DNA of 63,640 nucleotides, filler included, from Collodictyon triciliatum (GCA_043381765.1; 5 parts of 5 records of this genome joined end to end with filler, not necessarily neighbours in it); one strand, 5' to 3'; positions 1 to 15,000 are shown, counted from the first letter of the whole stretch. Program-made: numbers and translations. The notes: generated by a model not told the origin, from the sequence alone.

Positions 1-86
<86 letters not shown>

Positions 87-214
87 AAAAAAAAGAAAAC
101 AAAAAAAAGAAAACAAAAAAAAGAAAACAAAAAAAAGAAAACAAAAAAAGAAAACAAAAAAAGAAAACAAAAAAAGAAAACAAAAAAAGAAAACAAAAAA
201 AAAGAAAACAAAAA
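1..214. repeat. Poly-A followed by (AAAAAAAGAAAAC)n, intronic
   Basis: Directly visible. Confidence 0.95.
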
Positions 215-267
215 GTGAAGAAGAAAGTAAAAAGTGAAGAAGAAAGTAACTTAAAATTTTGTTGTAG

Positions 268-1175
268 ACTTTTGATGAAGCGACTGCGGTCTGACCAGAG
301 GAACATCATGATGTTCTTAGACCTACACGGGCACAGCCGCAAAAAATACATTTTCATGTATGGCTGCCACAATGACCGACACGAGCGATTGCGACATAGT
401 GAAAAAGTCTTCCCTTGGATGCTTTCACAGCGGTCAGCCATGTTTTCCATGAAGGAATGTGATTTTGCCCTGCAGGAATCCAAGGCTGCGACTGGCCGCA
501 TCGCACTATGGCGGGAGTTTGGAATCACATGCTGCTACACAGTCGAGGCGACATACTGCGGCTCGAACACAACCCACTTTGATACGGCGCAGTTGCAGGA
601 TTTCGGGAGGCACCTGATGGAGAACATCCTCGACTACGACAATCTTTCCGAGGTATCGATTTTGCGCTCCTATGCGAAGAGATACAAAAGTCCATCTGGG
701 ATTTTATTGGATATTCCCACGGTTATTCGACAACTATACCCAAATCTGCGCGTCTGTAGGGTGAAGGACAGGATATCATCGGAGAAATCAGGCAATGGTC
801 TGCCGCTCAAAAGGCTGGATATGCGAACCCATATCCCGGCCATGCAGGTAGTGTGCCTGGAGGCGATTCTGCCCAGCGGCCCTCCAGCGCGTCCAGCCAG
901 CAGTGTTATGGAAACACGGGTGGGGGGCAGTCGGACGAGGACGATGGGCCGGAAGACGATGACAACCGCGGGTGATTTTGATATTCTACAAGTCCCTACC
1001 GAAAAACACGCTGCTCTTAAGCGAGCTACAGGACTATGAAAAGTAACTACAGGTTTGCTTTAGGATGGAGTTTCGCTTGGTGGATTTGCCACTGCACGAG
1101 AGGGATAGGCGGGCAAAGGCCAAACGCACAAAAAAGAAGACCAAGCAGAAAAGCGGGGCGTCGAAGAGGCAATAA
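268..1175 (+). CDS. Cytosolic carboxypeptidase (M14D, CCP1/Nna1-like tubulin deglutamylase), 3' part; exons 268-652, 760-971, 1064-1175; 5' end lies outside the window
   Basis: Motifs DLHGHSRKK, FMYGC, TGRIALWREFG and YTVEATYCG. GT-AG introns in the same positions and phases as the paralog at 52952-60067. The spliced C-terminus reads GEGQDIIGEIRQW...DEDDGPEDDDNRG MEFRLVDLPL...KKKTKQKSGASKRQ*. Confidence 0.9.
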
Positions 1176-1667
1176 TGTTGCGCATATTCTAATAATTCCT
1201 CACGGGGTGTCTATTGGGTGGCATATTATTTATCGCAATTTTTTTTTTAATCTACTACCTATCTCCATCTCATATCTGCACATATCATTCGGCTTTGTTG
1301 GTATTTTCAGATTTCATGATTAAATACTGAGTGATTCGCTCTAAACCCACCTTTCCGTCGCTTTCATTGTTTCCGTATCATGATGAGTGTGATTCAGTGG
1401 GCTCTAATATTTTAACTTAAAATATAAAAAATAAAGAGAAAGAAAAGAGAGAAAAAGATAAAGGACAGTATACCGAAACTATGACAACGACAAGGCGGTT
1501 CAACATGACGTAAAACCACCTCTTTGGACGTATATGTTTACATGTGATGGAACCTTCGTCAGTGTTTACATATTTTTTCCCCATTAACCGGCACGAAAAG
1601 ACAACTACAACAGTGGAAAAACAGCTGCATCTCTGACCTGCTTTGTTTGCGTTCTCAGTTTTATCTT

Positions 1668-4600
1668 TTAGATGAGAATGTTCTTGCACAAGGCCACATT
1701 GCTTCCTGGCTCAAGGGGCTCCACATCCACTCCACGGCGCATCATGTGGCAGCGGTGCTAATAGACACGAGTCAATACACACAAATACAAAGAATTTACT
1801 CTGTCATAAAACCTAGTGGGTGTCAGACTTTTTTTTCTCTTCTTTTTTCGCATATTTTTTTCCCCTCCACGTAGTCATCACACGTGTTACCTGCAACAAG
1901 CGAAGCTTGGCTTGTGTCAGGTCACTCACAGACGCGTCGCTCCACAACCGCTCTGCCACGGCAGACAATCGAGGAAAAATCCTGGTGAGAGCATTCGTGC
2001 GGTCCACTTGCTCAAACCACAGACAGGCCTCTGATATGAATTAGATTCTGAGTTATGAATGTGTTGCAATAATTGGGATTCGGTGACAACTCTAACATAC
2101 CTGAAAAATACTTTGAGATATATCATTTGGCAAAAAGGAAAGATAAAAGAAAAAGATAACAGAAAAATATAAAATATAAAATATAAAATATAAAATATAA
2201 AATATAAAATATAAAATATAAAATATAAAATATAAAATATAAAAAAGATAAAAAAGATAAAAGATAATTGAAAGGTCTTTTAGTGTTAACGAAAATAATT
2301 TAATTGAACCTCCTCCGATAAGAAGCTCTTGCATCGAAGGTGTAATTCTTGGGTCACGGAAAGGCTAGTTCAATGATATAAAAGTGAAATATGAATCACT
2401 GGAAACAATCCAACTTATTTTGCTCTCTCATATATTTCTCTTTGTGTATTGGTCACTCTAATTCGTTCATGTACAAACCTCGTTGGAGTATGCCTCTTGC
2501 CATGTGCGATATGAGCACCAATTTCCCCACCCTAGAGAAAATGATTATGAATGATAATTAAACTTCTTCAGTCATTTCAGATAGATAGCAGTACTGCAGC
2601 GTCAGATAATATAAAAATTGATTAACAAACCGCAATCAAGATACCAATTGTCATAGTTGCTAAGAATCGACTTGTAACCAGCTTCCAGGACGCTGTATAG
2701 TCTCCTATACTCGAGCCAGGTTTGAACAATCACGTTGGAAGGGACAACTGAGTATTCAAGATGAAATGATTAATCCGTGTCTGCCTTCAAAAGATACAAT
2801 GCGCAAAATTTTTATGTATCAAGTCACAAAAAATAAAAATAAAAATAAAAATAAAAATAAAAATAAAAATAAAAATAAAAATAAAAATAAGAATAAAAAT
2901 AAAAATAAAAAATAAAAATAATACCCAAGTTATCTGAAAAGACTTCCAACCATTGGACTGGTATTTTGTTAATACGTCTTGATATTTCCCACACTCGGTC
3001 TTGGAAATACTGGAACAGACCACTGGATTGATGAAGTACGGTTAGGGTCCTAAATAATTCAAAAAAAAAAAAAAACTGGCATCATAAAAAAGAAAAAGGG
3101 ATGAAACATAATCAAACATGAAGTTAGGAATTCTGTTTTCCTCCATAAATCTACGAATCTCAGGTGTATCCCAGCACTTGAATACTACCTACGCAGGTAT
3201 TTCGAAAATTTTAAAAAATCGATAAATTGGATTGATTTGATTTTTTTTTGTTTTTGTTTTGTTGTCGTTCATTTTTTCATTTTTCTTTTTACTAAAAAGA
3301 TTTTTTTTTCAAAATTACTTCATCGGCTCCATAATGCATGTAATGGTCTGGGAAAATGGCACCCATCTCTGCAAACAGTCCCTCGATCACTTGGTAGGTG
3401 AGCTCTTTTGTCGGGTCGAGCTACATTCATTAGAGGATATATTAATTCAAATCAAATTTTCCCGCGTTTATCTGGACATAAGCAGGCGATTATTTTTTTT
3501 CTATTACCTGTCCACATGGATTGGATGCACAAAAACCCTACATCGCATAATAAAGGTTAGATGTTTTTTTTTTCAGTATTGAACGGTATATGCTTTTCTA
3601 TATCAAGAAAGATAAAAGTACTTCTTCACGGGTTTCGTTGAGGCAAAGAACAATTTCGGGATAACCAGCGGCCCAGGAAGCTGTATGGCCGGGTATATCA
3701 AACTCTGGGATGATTCGAATCTAACACGAATGATCTTATGAATTCCGATGTGATTCCAATATCTCTATCACCAATATCATTATTATTCACTATAATATCT
3801 TACACCCCGCTCTTTTGCGTAATCAACGATACCACGGAGCTGATTTTGAGTATATATTTCATCTTTAGACCAAGCGCCTTTGGTCAGTCCAGGGTAAGAA
3901 AGAACCTCGAATGGGAAGCTCTAGTGGCGTGATGCATAGTGTCAGTTAAGATAGTTATTACTAACTTATCTACCGATTAATACTTTTCTATTAGAAATCA
4001 AAAGATCAAAGCTAAAGACACATAATTGATATTGTGGCAATTTCGTCAGCAAACCGCTCCATCAGATACGTGCCAATGAAGGACATTGAGCTTGTCAGTT
4101 GCCATTCCATCCAGTATGGTCAGAATGTAATCAACTGGAAGAAAATGTCTCGATGTATCAATCATGAGGCCACGGTGAGGAAATCGAGGCTTGTCTGTGT
4201 ATTAATGTCCAAACGAAAGATTGTTTTTTTTTTTTTTAAAAAAAAATAGGGCAAGGCTAATGTAAGACATACTCTACCCACGGTAGATTTGTTTTGACAT
4301 AAATTTGGATAACAAACCGCTAATGTAACAAGGCGTGAATGGTAACCAGTAAGTCCCATCTTCGTACTCGTAGTAAATCAATTGAGAAAATGTCTCTAAT
4401 CCTCGGAGAGCTTGATATATAAGCATAATTGAGAATCATACTAATATAAATGATATTACGACACCGCAAATTCTGTAAGATATGGACTATGAAGAGGATT
4501 ACTCGATGAAAATGAGATTAGCTTCATCACAAACCTCCAAATGCAGTATTCGATTCAATCACAGCGACGGTAGAATTAACTTGGATAGAGTATGACTCAT

Positions 4601-5228
4601 CCATACCAAATCTCAAGTCCACATCTCCTGATTTTACATTTACTTGGAGTGTGGAGACCACGACGTCTTGGTTGATGATACCAACAATGTTTTTCTATAG
4701 ATATGTCAGAGATTATCCAAATGTTATTTTAAAAAAGTACACGGACTACAGCAACAAACAGCATACATAAGAAAATCCAAATAAACGAGAACCTTGTGGC
4801 TACCATTCGGAAAGAAAAGGACGGAATATCTCTGGATCGCCTTCTGAAGAATGGAACTGTCAAATCCAACAGACACAATGCGAAAAGATCCAGGAATAAG
4901 CTGCAGTGCGATGTTTCCCGAACTGAAGCTTTGAGGAAGCGGCCACAGCGTTGATTCAAACTGTGTTTTTTTAACAGGGAAATTAAGTTACATAATACAA
5001 GAGTGTATGATATATATACATGATATTGACTTGTCATATGTTGGTATATGCGATGGAGATATTGAGATACAGCACCGAGGCAGGTGCCTTCATCGCAGCT
5101 GCTTCTTGCACGCCATTTGCATCCGCTGGGGGCTGAAAGACAGAACGAGTGGCCGCAACAGTGCCCAGACTTGCCAAAGACACGAGAGCAAACGCCGCAA
5201 AAATACCAGCAAGACAAACCCTATGCAT
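1668..5228 (-). CDS. Beta-N-acetylhexosaminidase (GH20, HexA/HexB-like), multi-exon, with a signal peptide
   Basis: Hydrophobic N-terminus [19 protein letters not shown]. Spliced motifs [66 protein letters not shown], catalytic [19 protein letters not shown] and [18 protein letters not shown]; stop at 1668-1670. Confidence 0.95.
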
Positions 5229-5964
5229 GCTAGTTTCTTTTTAAATGAAACAGTTACAGAAAAGAGAGAGAAAAAAAAGAGAGAAAAAAAAGAGAGAAAA
5301 AAAAGAGAGAAAAAAAAGAGAGAAAAAAAAGAGAGAAAAAAAAGAGAGAAAAAAAAGAGNNNNNNNNNNNNNNNNNNNNNNNNNNNNNNNNNNNNNNNNN
5401 NNNNNNNNNNNNNNNNNNNNNNNNNNNNNNNNNNNNNNNNNNNNNNNNNNNNNNNNNNNNNNNNNNNNNNNNNNNNNNNNNNNNNNNNNNNNNNNNNNNN
5501 NNNNNNNNNNNNNNNNNNNNNNNNNNNNNNNNNNNNNNNNNNNNNNNNNNNNNNNNNNNNNNNNNNNNNNNNNNNNNNNNAAAAAAAGAGAGAGAAAAAA
5601 AGAGAGAGAAAAAAAGAGAGAGAAAAAAAGAGAGAGAAAAAAAGAGAGAGAAAAAAAGAGAGAGAAAAAAGAGAGAGAAAAAGAGAAAGACATGTTGTGT
5701 CCTTGGTGCCCAACTGGCGCGTCTTGATGGTAAGGGTTGTCTGATCTGCCTCAAAGCGGCCATAGGTGATCAAAGTTGTGCCCGACCTGCAACTCCGCTG
5801 TCAAACACCCCCAAAACAAAAAGGAAAGAAAAAAACAGCTAAATACACGACCCACAAACAAACGATACATAGAATTGGTACAAATATGGAAAAGGCACTT
5901 TGCGGTGAACCCAATCCCAAAAATGGCATGGACACTCTGAGTTTCTTTTCGTTTATTGCGTTCT

Positions 5965-8900
5965 TCACTCGCCGTGCGGTGCAGCCTCGGAAAGATGGGT
6001 TGGGTGCGTCTCTAGGGATGTTGGGAGAAGCTCTTGGCCTCCACTTGCAGGCAGAGCAGCGGTCTCAGTTGCTGAAAATTTGCGATTTAACACCGAGGTA
6101 TAGAATGGTTGGTCTGTACCGCGGTAAATAGACATACCCTGTGGTGGCGTGAGGGCGGCTAATAGCTCCTCTTTTAATGAAGGGCAAAACGCTTCCAAAG
6201 CCCGCCATGTGTTTTGCCAGATTTCATCGTTCTTTTCGTGGAATATTTCTTGGGCAGACATAACAAAAATCATGTTTTTAACTCTTTCGCTTACTGCCTC
6301 CTCCTGTTGAGTGAAGTTAATTTTGGTTATTTAGGTATTTTTCCCTTGGAAGTTATTCATAGCACCACTGAGTATTATTACAATAGATAAAAAGAGCCGT
6401 ACCAAGACTTCTGATTTCCCTTTCTTGTAAAAAACCTCCATAAATGCTAGAATCTGGAACCAGAAGGAATCAAAGTTATCCAGTGTCGAGAGCCGGGCAA
6501 GAAAGCTGTCATAGGGAATAGAAAGGTTCAAATAAACAAAGTTACTCGGAATCGAATTTTTTTTTTCTAAAATGACACAAAGTAAAGCAAAAAAATAAAA
6601 AAACGGATAAAAATATGAATTTGTAATTGCCAAATATTAATTATTCGATTTTAATCATATATTATAATATCACTACTTCGGCCTTGCATATGATAAAATT
6701 CTGAGCCGAAAAGACTTACTGTAAAAAGGTTTTGGATAAGATTTCCAAGATGCGAATTAAGAGTTCTTCATACTGGGGGCCCAAGGAGCGCCCTAACTGT
6801 GGCGATGCGGTGCCTCCAGGTTTTTTTTTTTTTTTATGAATGAATTATTTTCTCTTCATGCATTTGAATATTCTAGATTAACATACTTCGCTTGGGTGAT
6901 GAAGGGTCAGAGTTCAGAAGATCTCCAATCAAAGGGAACAGAGACTAGTATAAAATAGTACGTCATAGATGAATTGAATAAATGGGGAAAAATATCAATC
7001 ACACAAATCAAGCAAGGGGGAAAAAAAAAAAAAAAAAAAAAAAAAGGGGAGAAGAGAAAATATAAAAAAAAAAAAAAAGAAAAAAAAAAACACACAAAAA
7101 NNNNNNNNNNNNNNNNNNNNNNNNNNNNNNNNNNNNNNNNNNNNNNNNNNNNNNNNNNNNNNNNNNNNNNNNNNNNNNNNNNNNNNNNNNNNNNNNNNNN
7201 GTTTGAGTAATACTTTTATTTATTTGATCAATTATCTTGTTATTATCATTCGTTTTTTTTTTTTTGTTTATTTTAAAAAAAAAAAAAAAAATAATAAATT
7301 TTAAAAAAATAAAAAAAAAAAAAAAAATTTATTTTAAATAAAAAAAAAAAAAAAAAAAAAGAAGAGAGGGGAGTGGGGTTCATTTGAAATACTAGATATG
7401 GTTCAAAGTATCCGCTCAATACCCAAAATCAAGACTCATTGAAACGATCAAAGTAAAAAAAAGAAAAAAAGGAATACAATAGGCAAAAGTTTGATAAAAT
7501 GATTTGAAATGACTGCCAGATAATCAGCATAAAAAAAACCTCGACAAAAACAAGACGTGCAAACGTGTTGGTGAATGTTTGGGCGTCTGAAGACAGTAGC
7601 ACGCGTTGCATGTGAGCAAGCGAATAGGTTCGAACATCATGGCGGCTGTAATTAAGTGATTAGCTTTGCGGATTGGTACGACTCACACTAGTGTCGATTC
7701 ATAGCATTGACTTGATATACGTGATTTTATAAACAAGTGAATTACGGGTCACGAGCGTGGTGAGAGTAAAAATTTAGAACTGGATACCAGAAAAATTTGC
7801 ATTCTGTATTTTTTTTTAATAAAAAAATTAAGCGGTTAAATAAATGTACACTCAATACACATATGTCTTCGAAGTACTTCAGATGAGTTTTTTTTTCTTT
7901 TCAAACGATGAACTTTGCAAACCTTCCAATCCCACATCAACATTCTGGGTTGGATTTGTATTTGCTGTCATCGTAAAGTAGGAAGCGTTCTCTTTCTTTT
8001 GCTGAAACAGTTTGTAGGACTCCATAAGTTTAGGAATTTGCGAGGTTATTGAAAGGATGATATCAAGAGAACGCTTGGCGACAGCTGAGTTCATTTCCTG
8101 GGCATTAAGAAGTCGGATAAAGGAAATTCAACAAGGGTTGTAATACAATCGAAAACTCTAATGATGTATTACCTTGTTCGATGATAAAACCAACAATGTT
8201 TCAATGTTTTCGGAAAAATTTTCAGCCGTGAGGAAATTCGGCTCTGTGAGTTGATAATATAGGAGTGATGTAAGATATCATTCATAATATAATTATATAC
8301 AAACTGGATGGGAGGCTTTAAGTACTTGATAAAGATGGATCAATTCAATAATTCAGAACATTGACCTTGGATGAACGGCACGAAAGATTCAAAAGATTTC
8401 ACAGCCGAAGAAGGATGCGAGGTGGTCTTGCGAAGGAGGGATGAAACCACTCTGGAAAACGATGAAATTCTACGACAACCGCATAAATCGAAACGAATGA
8501 GACAATCTTAATGATGGATCAAAATAAATTCAGAAAAAATAACATAGACTACTTCATGGACTCTGGATGCGCACGAATAAGTTCTTGCATAGCATTGGAA
8601 ATTTGCTCGGGTATAGACGAGTTTACGATTAAATTCGAATCAACATTTCTATGCGTTAGTATAATTAATATCTTATTTTCCGTTATCTACAAACAAAATA
8701 TTCCCCACTTCCATCAATATGATACCAATAAATTGAAGTACTTAATAAGTGCCAAGCATTGGTATAATTGATCGAGAATATCTGAGTTCTATTGTTTTCA
8801 ATTAAATATGATGTTATATTTAGCCTTATTAGCAATTTTTTTTAACATGCATTAGTGTGGTGAGAAAGATGGATTTGCTACCGATATCAATGCAAGACAT

Positions 8901-11900
8901 AGGCGGAAGAGGCACACGATACTTCGTTCTATGACAAAAGCAGAAGTTGTTTCTGGGACTAGCAGAGACGAAAAGTGCTCATTTACCAGTATCCTGATAA
9001 ATTCAGTTCATATCAATCCATCAAATTCTGAATCAGTTAATGGAGCTGATATAAAAACGAAAATTGGATGACAAATTGCCTACCATAAGAATATGATTCT
9101 GTCTTCGTTCTTTATAGATATTGTTGTCAAAAGCTCCGTGCAGAAAACGACACTCGACTCATCCGCTGGGGTGGATGGAATCTGTTTCGGTTTCATGGAT
9201 GCGAGAATAATTGCACGGACGAAGTATACTAGAGACTCGGGTTGTAAAAGTCTGAAAATCATCGGGGGTTTTTTTTTTTTTTTAGAAAATTGATATAAAG
9301 TTATCTGATGCACACTGATTGAAATTACACGGATGAAATCAAATGTTATATCAGAATGCTACTTTGAGTCATTAATTAAATCCTCCAGGCGACACAATAC
9401 AACGGATTGTTTAGCGACATCACGAGCCTCTTGATTCGGTTGATTTGCATCACCAGCATCCATGTTGAGAGATAAATACTAAATATATACGTAAATTCAG
9501 CAAGTATATTTGGTCGTTAGACACCAAAGTAGAAATATAAGTAGAAATATGAGTAGAAATATAAGTAGAAATATAAGTAGAAATATATAGGAATAGTAGC
9601 ATTCTTAAAGCCATTCGAATATTGGTTCAATTCATATAAAGAAAATATTTATCTGAAATAACAGAATAAACCTGAGAGAAGGTGCTGAGGAAAGAAGATG
9701 ACTTGACCTCCTGTACAACAACTGCATCAAGGTAGACGTATGTTACAATAAACAAATTTTTAAAGAATTTCAATTCAATTAAGAGAAAAAAATCTCAATT
9801 AAAACAGTTTTGTAACAACTATCAAAGTCAAAGTCAACGTCAAAGTCAAAGTCAAAGTCAAAGTCAAAGTCAAAGTCAAAGTCAAAGTCAAAGTAAACTA
9901 AATAGAGACCTGATGGACTGTAAGGTCTCTTGCTCCCTGGGTCGACAAAATCCTCAACCTTCAGAATATTATCTGGGAGAAGGTCAAGTCTTTGGAGCTT
10001 TATTATGCAATCGACAATCTAATTCAAAGGTAAAGCAAACACACGTTTTTAATTAAATGATGGATTAAAATTTTAAATAACACACAACAACCAATAATAC
10101 GAGGGTCTCGATAGGTCAATTGTGTACATTTGTGATACCTTTATTTTCAAGATAACGAGAGAATTAATGTATCATAAATTAACTATATAAAACTACATTC
10201 GACAACCCCAAAGAGAAACGAAATAAAATTGGAAAAATCAATATATAAGACGTGGTGTTAAATATAGAAATCAGTGGTACAAACCGCTCTCCATCCCTCT
10301 TGGAAATGGTCTCCATACTGATTCGCGAGACTAAAGAGTAGATTACACGAATTCCTGGCCCTTTGAGAGCGTCCAATAATACGAACATGCTCTTGTGTGT
10401 CGTATTGGTCTTGTAATGTGGTAAACTTACATAAAGGTATCTTTGATGATCGCAAGTTATAAAAAGGAAGCAGGAGAGAAACGTATTGTCAAGGTTACTA
10501 ATTTTTAACATTCAAGCTAAAATGTATGGGTATTTTCTTTCTATTAAAGTTATATATTGTTCACATTCTGTGGTTGAGTAGATGGCTTCTTTCCTTCTAG
10601 TATAAAAAGATACAATCACATTATCAACCACTTTGCTAAGGTGGAATTTCGATGCTACATGCACAATACTTTTGATTCCATCAGTCATTTCTTTGTTGAG
10701 GTTTGTATCCTCAGCCGAATAGTAGACTATTGATGCACAATTATTATTAATTTAGCAATTTAAAATATATTCTCATCCGTCATTAATTTTCGAACGACGA
10801 ATAAAAAGCAAAGCAAAGCAAAGCAAAGCAAAGCAAAGCAAAGCAAAGCAAAGACAAAAGACAAAAGACAAAAGACAAAAGACAAAAGACAAAAGACAAA
10901 AGACAAAAGACAAAAGACAAAAGACAAAAGACAAAAGACAAAAGACAAAAGACAAAAGACAAAAGACAACTAAAAATAAAATAAAATAAAATAAAATAAA
11001 ATAAAATAAAATAAAATAAAATAAAATAAAATAAAATAAAATAAAAAAGAACAAGCAACAAGAAACAAGAAACAAAAATTTGATCTCACTTATGGAAAGA
11101 GCGTCTATTGCTGGTTGAGACAAAATGGTAAACAACTCTTTGTCATATACAACTGGGCAGCGACCGTGCTAAAAATGACAATTAGGAAACAATGCACCAA
11201 GATTATTTTAGAGCATTAGAGTTATTGCCGATTTAATATATTGTAATAATAGACCAATTGATGCGCAGATAATATCAAACCGGGTCTATCCCAACTATAT
11301 ACTTTGGCTCAAACTTTGACCGACCCAGTAGCTCAGCCCACAGGGAGCCATTATCTCCAGTGGATGATTTTCCAGGAAGTTTAATCTCATTCTAAATAAA
11401 AAAACTTAAATGGAATCCACTAAATAGATTAATATTGAAAAAAATATACATTGAATACTTAATCATATACATATATGCCATAATTGAAAGAAAGTAGAAA
11501 AAAAATATATAAGTAACCTTTGTGATAGATTCAAATATCGCAACAAGCTGATCTCGGGGTAAATCAGAACCATTGTTGATTCCTGATACATTCCGAATGA
11601 ATTGCTCTTGTGTCATTTTTTTCTAGTTTCAATATATTAGAAATTATGTCTTCATTCAAAATATTTATGATACGGTTAGACGAATACTTGTAAGATGTAA
11701 AGAGGGTTACCTTAATCATGACACTGTGGTGGTCGGTATTTAGCATCACAACTGCAAATGCAAGAGTAAATGCCGCATCAGAGTTTGCAAATTGACCAGG
11801 ACATTGGGCGTGATAATGTCCGCTGAAGCTTTCCATAATGCTTTGGGAGTGTGTTTTAATATAACAAAACAAAACAAAACAAAACAAAACAAAACAAAAC

Positions 11901-11944
11901 AAAACAAAACAAAACAAAACAAAACAAAACAAAACAAAACAAAA

Positions 11945-12031
<87 letters not shown>

Positions 12032-15000
12032 AAAAAATAAAAAATAAAAAATAAAAAAATAAAAAATAAAAAATGAGAATTGAAAGTCTGAGGATCATTA
12101 AAAATTTAATCCATCCATATTCTATCTTAGAAATAGATATAAGTAGGAATGGCGATAAAAAAAGAAAAGAAAAGATAATAGCAGCATAATTACCGGTCAA
12201 TTTTTTGTGCCTCTCCTGGAAGACGAAAGCTTTCCAAAAACATTCTCAGAGCTTCATCAAAAGTCATACCGACAAAATCGAACGTCTGTGCATACTTCTT
12301 CAACACTTGCACAGGAAGGTCGCTGAATTGCAAAAAATGAAATATAATCGCTTCTTAGAACCGCGCATTTACTGCAGATGGAAGCATTTACGTGTATTTA
12401 AAATTTTAAGAAAATCATCTATACCCGGGCTCTCCAATATATTCGCCAATAATGTCTTTTGTCAATGATGGGGTTTTGCGCAAGAAATCAGCCAAAAGTT
12501 GAGGGTCGATGGGCTCTGAAAGAAAGCCAGTTTCTACAATCCCATAGAAACATGCATGTTACAGCGGAGACGCCAGATTAAAGAATCTGAAAAATTACTT
12601 CTATTTCTTTGCATTTGCTTCAAACCTTTCAAGGCAGCAATTCCCTGCTTTGGTTTCTTATTGAACATTTCGACAGCGATGGACAAATCTTTTTTCTTTT
12701 TCCTCATTTTGTATATGGCATCAAGCTCAGGTGGGACATTCCTCTGAAGAAAGGATTCGCGGGCCATATAAAGGTAGTATTTGTTTCACCAGATGGTGAT
12801 TAGTAAAAGTAAACATAGATAAATAATTGCACATACTTGAGAGGTTGTAATTCTCAAGGTCTACATTTTTTCTTAAGATTGCTCAGGAAGGTAATTTCAT
12901 ATTTGTAAATACAACAAAGCATTATTGTGAAAAAAAGAAAGGGTAATCAACTTTCTCTTCACGACGCCCGCGATGAGTTTCGTCACCGCACCTATTATCC
13001 AAAACATCCATGGCTGCAACAATACAGTCCAATGAAAGGACATGGCCATTGTGAAGGGTCCCCTTTCCAGGATTACAATGCTAATTGTTTTATGTAATTT
13101 TATAGAATATTAACCTAAATTATACATATATAAAGTCAAAGCCCTATGCATGAACTTTCCAAGACACATGAAAATAGATGTATAACAACCTTAGAGAGTG
13201 CCTTGGTAAGTTCTTCAAACATGTTAGATGAATTCAAACAGGCATCGTAATTAAGAAATAATTCCAATGTGAAATAAGGAAGCTGACAAAACTGCAGTAA
13301 GCTCTCCAAAATAGTCTAAATCAATAATATCGTTACTATAGAACAAACCATGATAACGTAATTATTGCCCTTAGAGGATCTTTTAAACAAAAAGAAAACA
13401 AATCAACACTGTTATCACCTCTTGCTTATCTAGAGGCATGTCTTTACTTTTCAACGTATCAAGAAAGATATCGTTGAAAAAGAATTCCATTTGCAATTTC
13501 AAGTGATCCTGCATAAGTGAAGAGAGTCTAAATTTACCGTATTGCATTTCATCTCCACGGACAATATATATATATATAATCACATATATCCTGACATAGA
13601 GTATTAACAAGAAGGGCTTACTCGAAGCTGCAGGTATAAAATATAGAAAGACTCCAGCGAGTAAGTCAAAATGAGGAGATTGTCGGAGTGACAATTCTAC
13701 GAGATAATTATGCACTAGTTACACATTTGTTCAAAATAATAACTTTATCTTAAATTAGCACAGATATACATAATGACTCATTCAATTTAAATATATTTAC
13801 TCGAATTAAATTGCGACAAAGAGAATCCTGTATGATTTGTAACAGCGGAGGGAAGTTTTTGATAAAGTCAGCTCCAGCTGAAAGGGCCTCGTGAAGGAGT
13901 TGCAGCCCAAGAAGTTGAAGCTCAATATGAAAATCAACTTGTGTCTATGGGCGTAAATAAAAACTTTATTTAAAGGTAACCATTAAATAATTTATAGGAG
14001 GTTTTGTCTGAAGCATACCTTTGATATTAAAGAGCAAATAAAACGGAAAATTTCTGCAATAGCAGGCAGCGAAAATGGCACAGGCGATGATGAAACTACA
14101 AATAATTCTTTATTATCATGTAAATATGATTTACGCAAATAATTTATGTAAAATACACTTTCTAATAACACTAGAAACAATAGGTCAATTGAGAAAGCAA
14201 TTGTCTTCACTATTCTGCACGGAAATCATATTGGCGTACCTTGGATCAAGGAATCGTAACCGTTTTCTAATAAGATTCCTAATGATTTCTGGGCAGGTAT
14301 ATTCGGTGGAGTTGCAGGGACCAATACCTCCAATTGAGATAGCTTTGACGGATCGGATGCTTCTGCTGCGATAGGAGACAAATGCATAATCACTCGGTTG
14401 TGTTCTGCGTGTTGTGGCGTCTCTGGCTCGCCATTTGAAGATGGTGTGGGGTCTGCCACCCTTGCAGTCTCAGACTCTTCAACAATCTCGACTGTGCTAG
14501 ATATTTCAGCGCTGAATGTAGTGAGGGGCACTACGTCACTAAAGTATCATCGCAGCATGAGGAAAAAAAAAAAAAAGAAAGAAAAAGAAAAAGAAAGAAG
14601 TTAATCGAAATATTGACTGTCATTTATCCTATGCGTGGCTACAAACAATTCAGTATCTTATGCGACAATTACAAAGTATAGTCGATTAGAACAATTTTTG
14701 TTTCTTAAATTGAGACTTCATATATATTAATAAAAATCCCACCGACTCGGTGTCAATGGAAGCTTGTCGTACGACATTCGCTTCAAACTAAACGAATCGA
14801 AGTATGTTGTGAAACACTCATAAATTTGATATACAAAATTTCATGCTAACTGGATATAAGCATTCATTTAATGTGAGAAAGCTTGATGCCAAATGGCTAG
14901 CTTTGACTATTTGCGAACCTTGAGAACAAATAGCGTATTATTTCAAATAGACTTTCCTCAGCTGAATGTCTCAAGAGCTCTGCGTTGTATTATTTCGTAG

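Noticed and set aside
5007..5773. Long ORFs of poly-K/R/E or poly-F/L/S, and similar ORFs over other repeats and N runs
   Set aside because: They are translations of stop-free microsatellites and assembly gaps.
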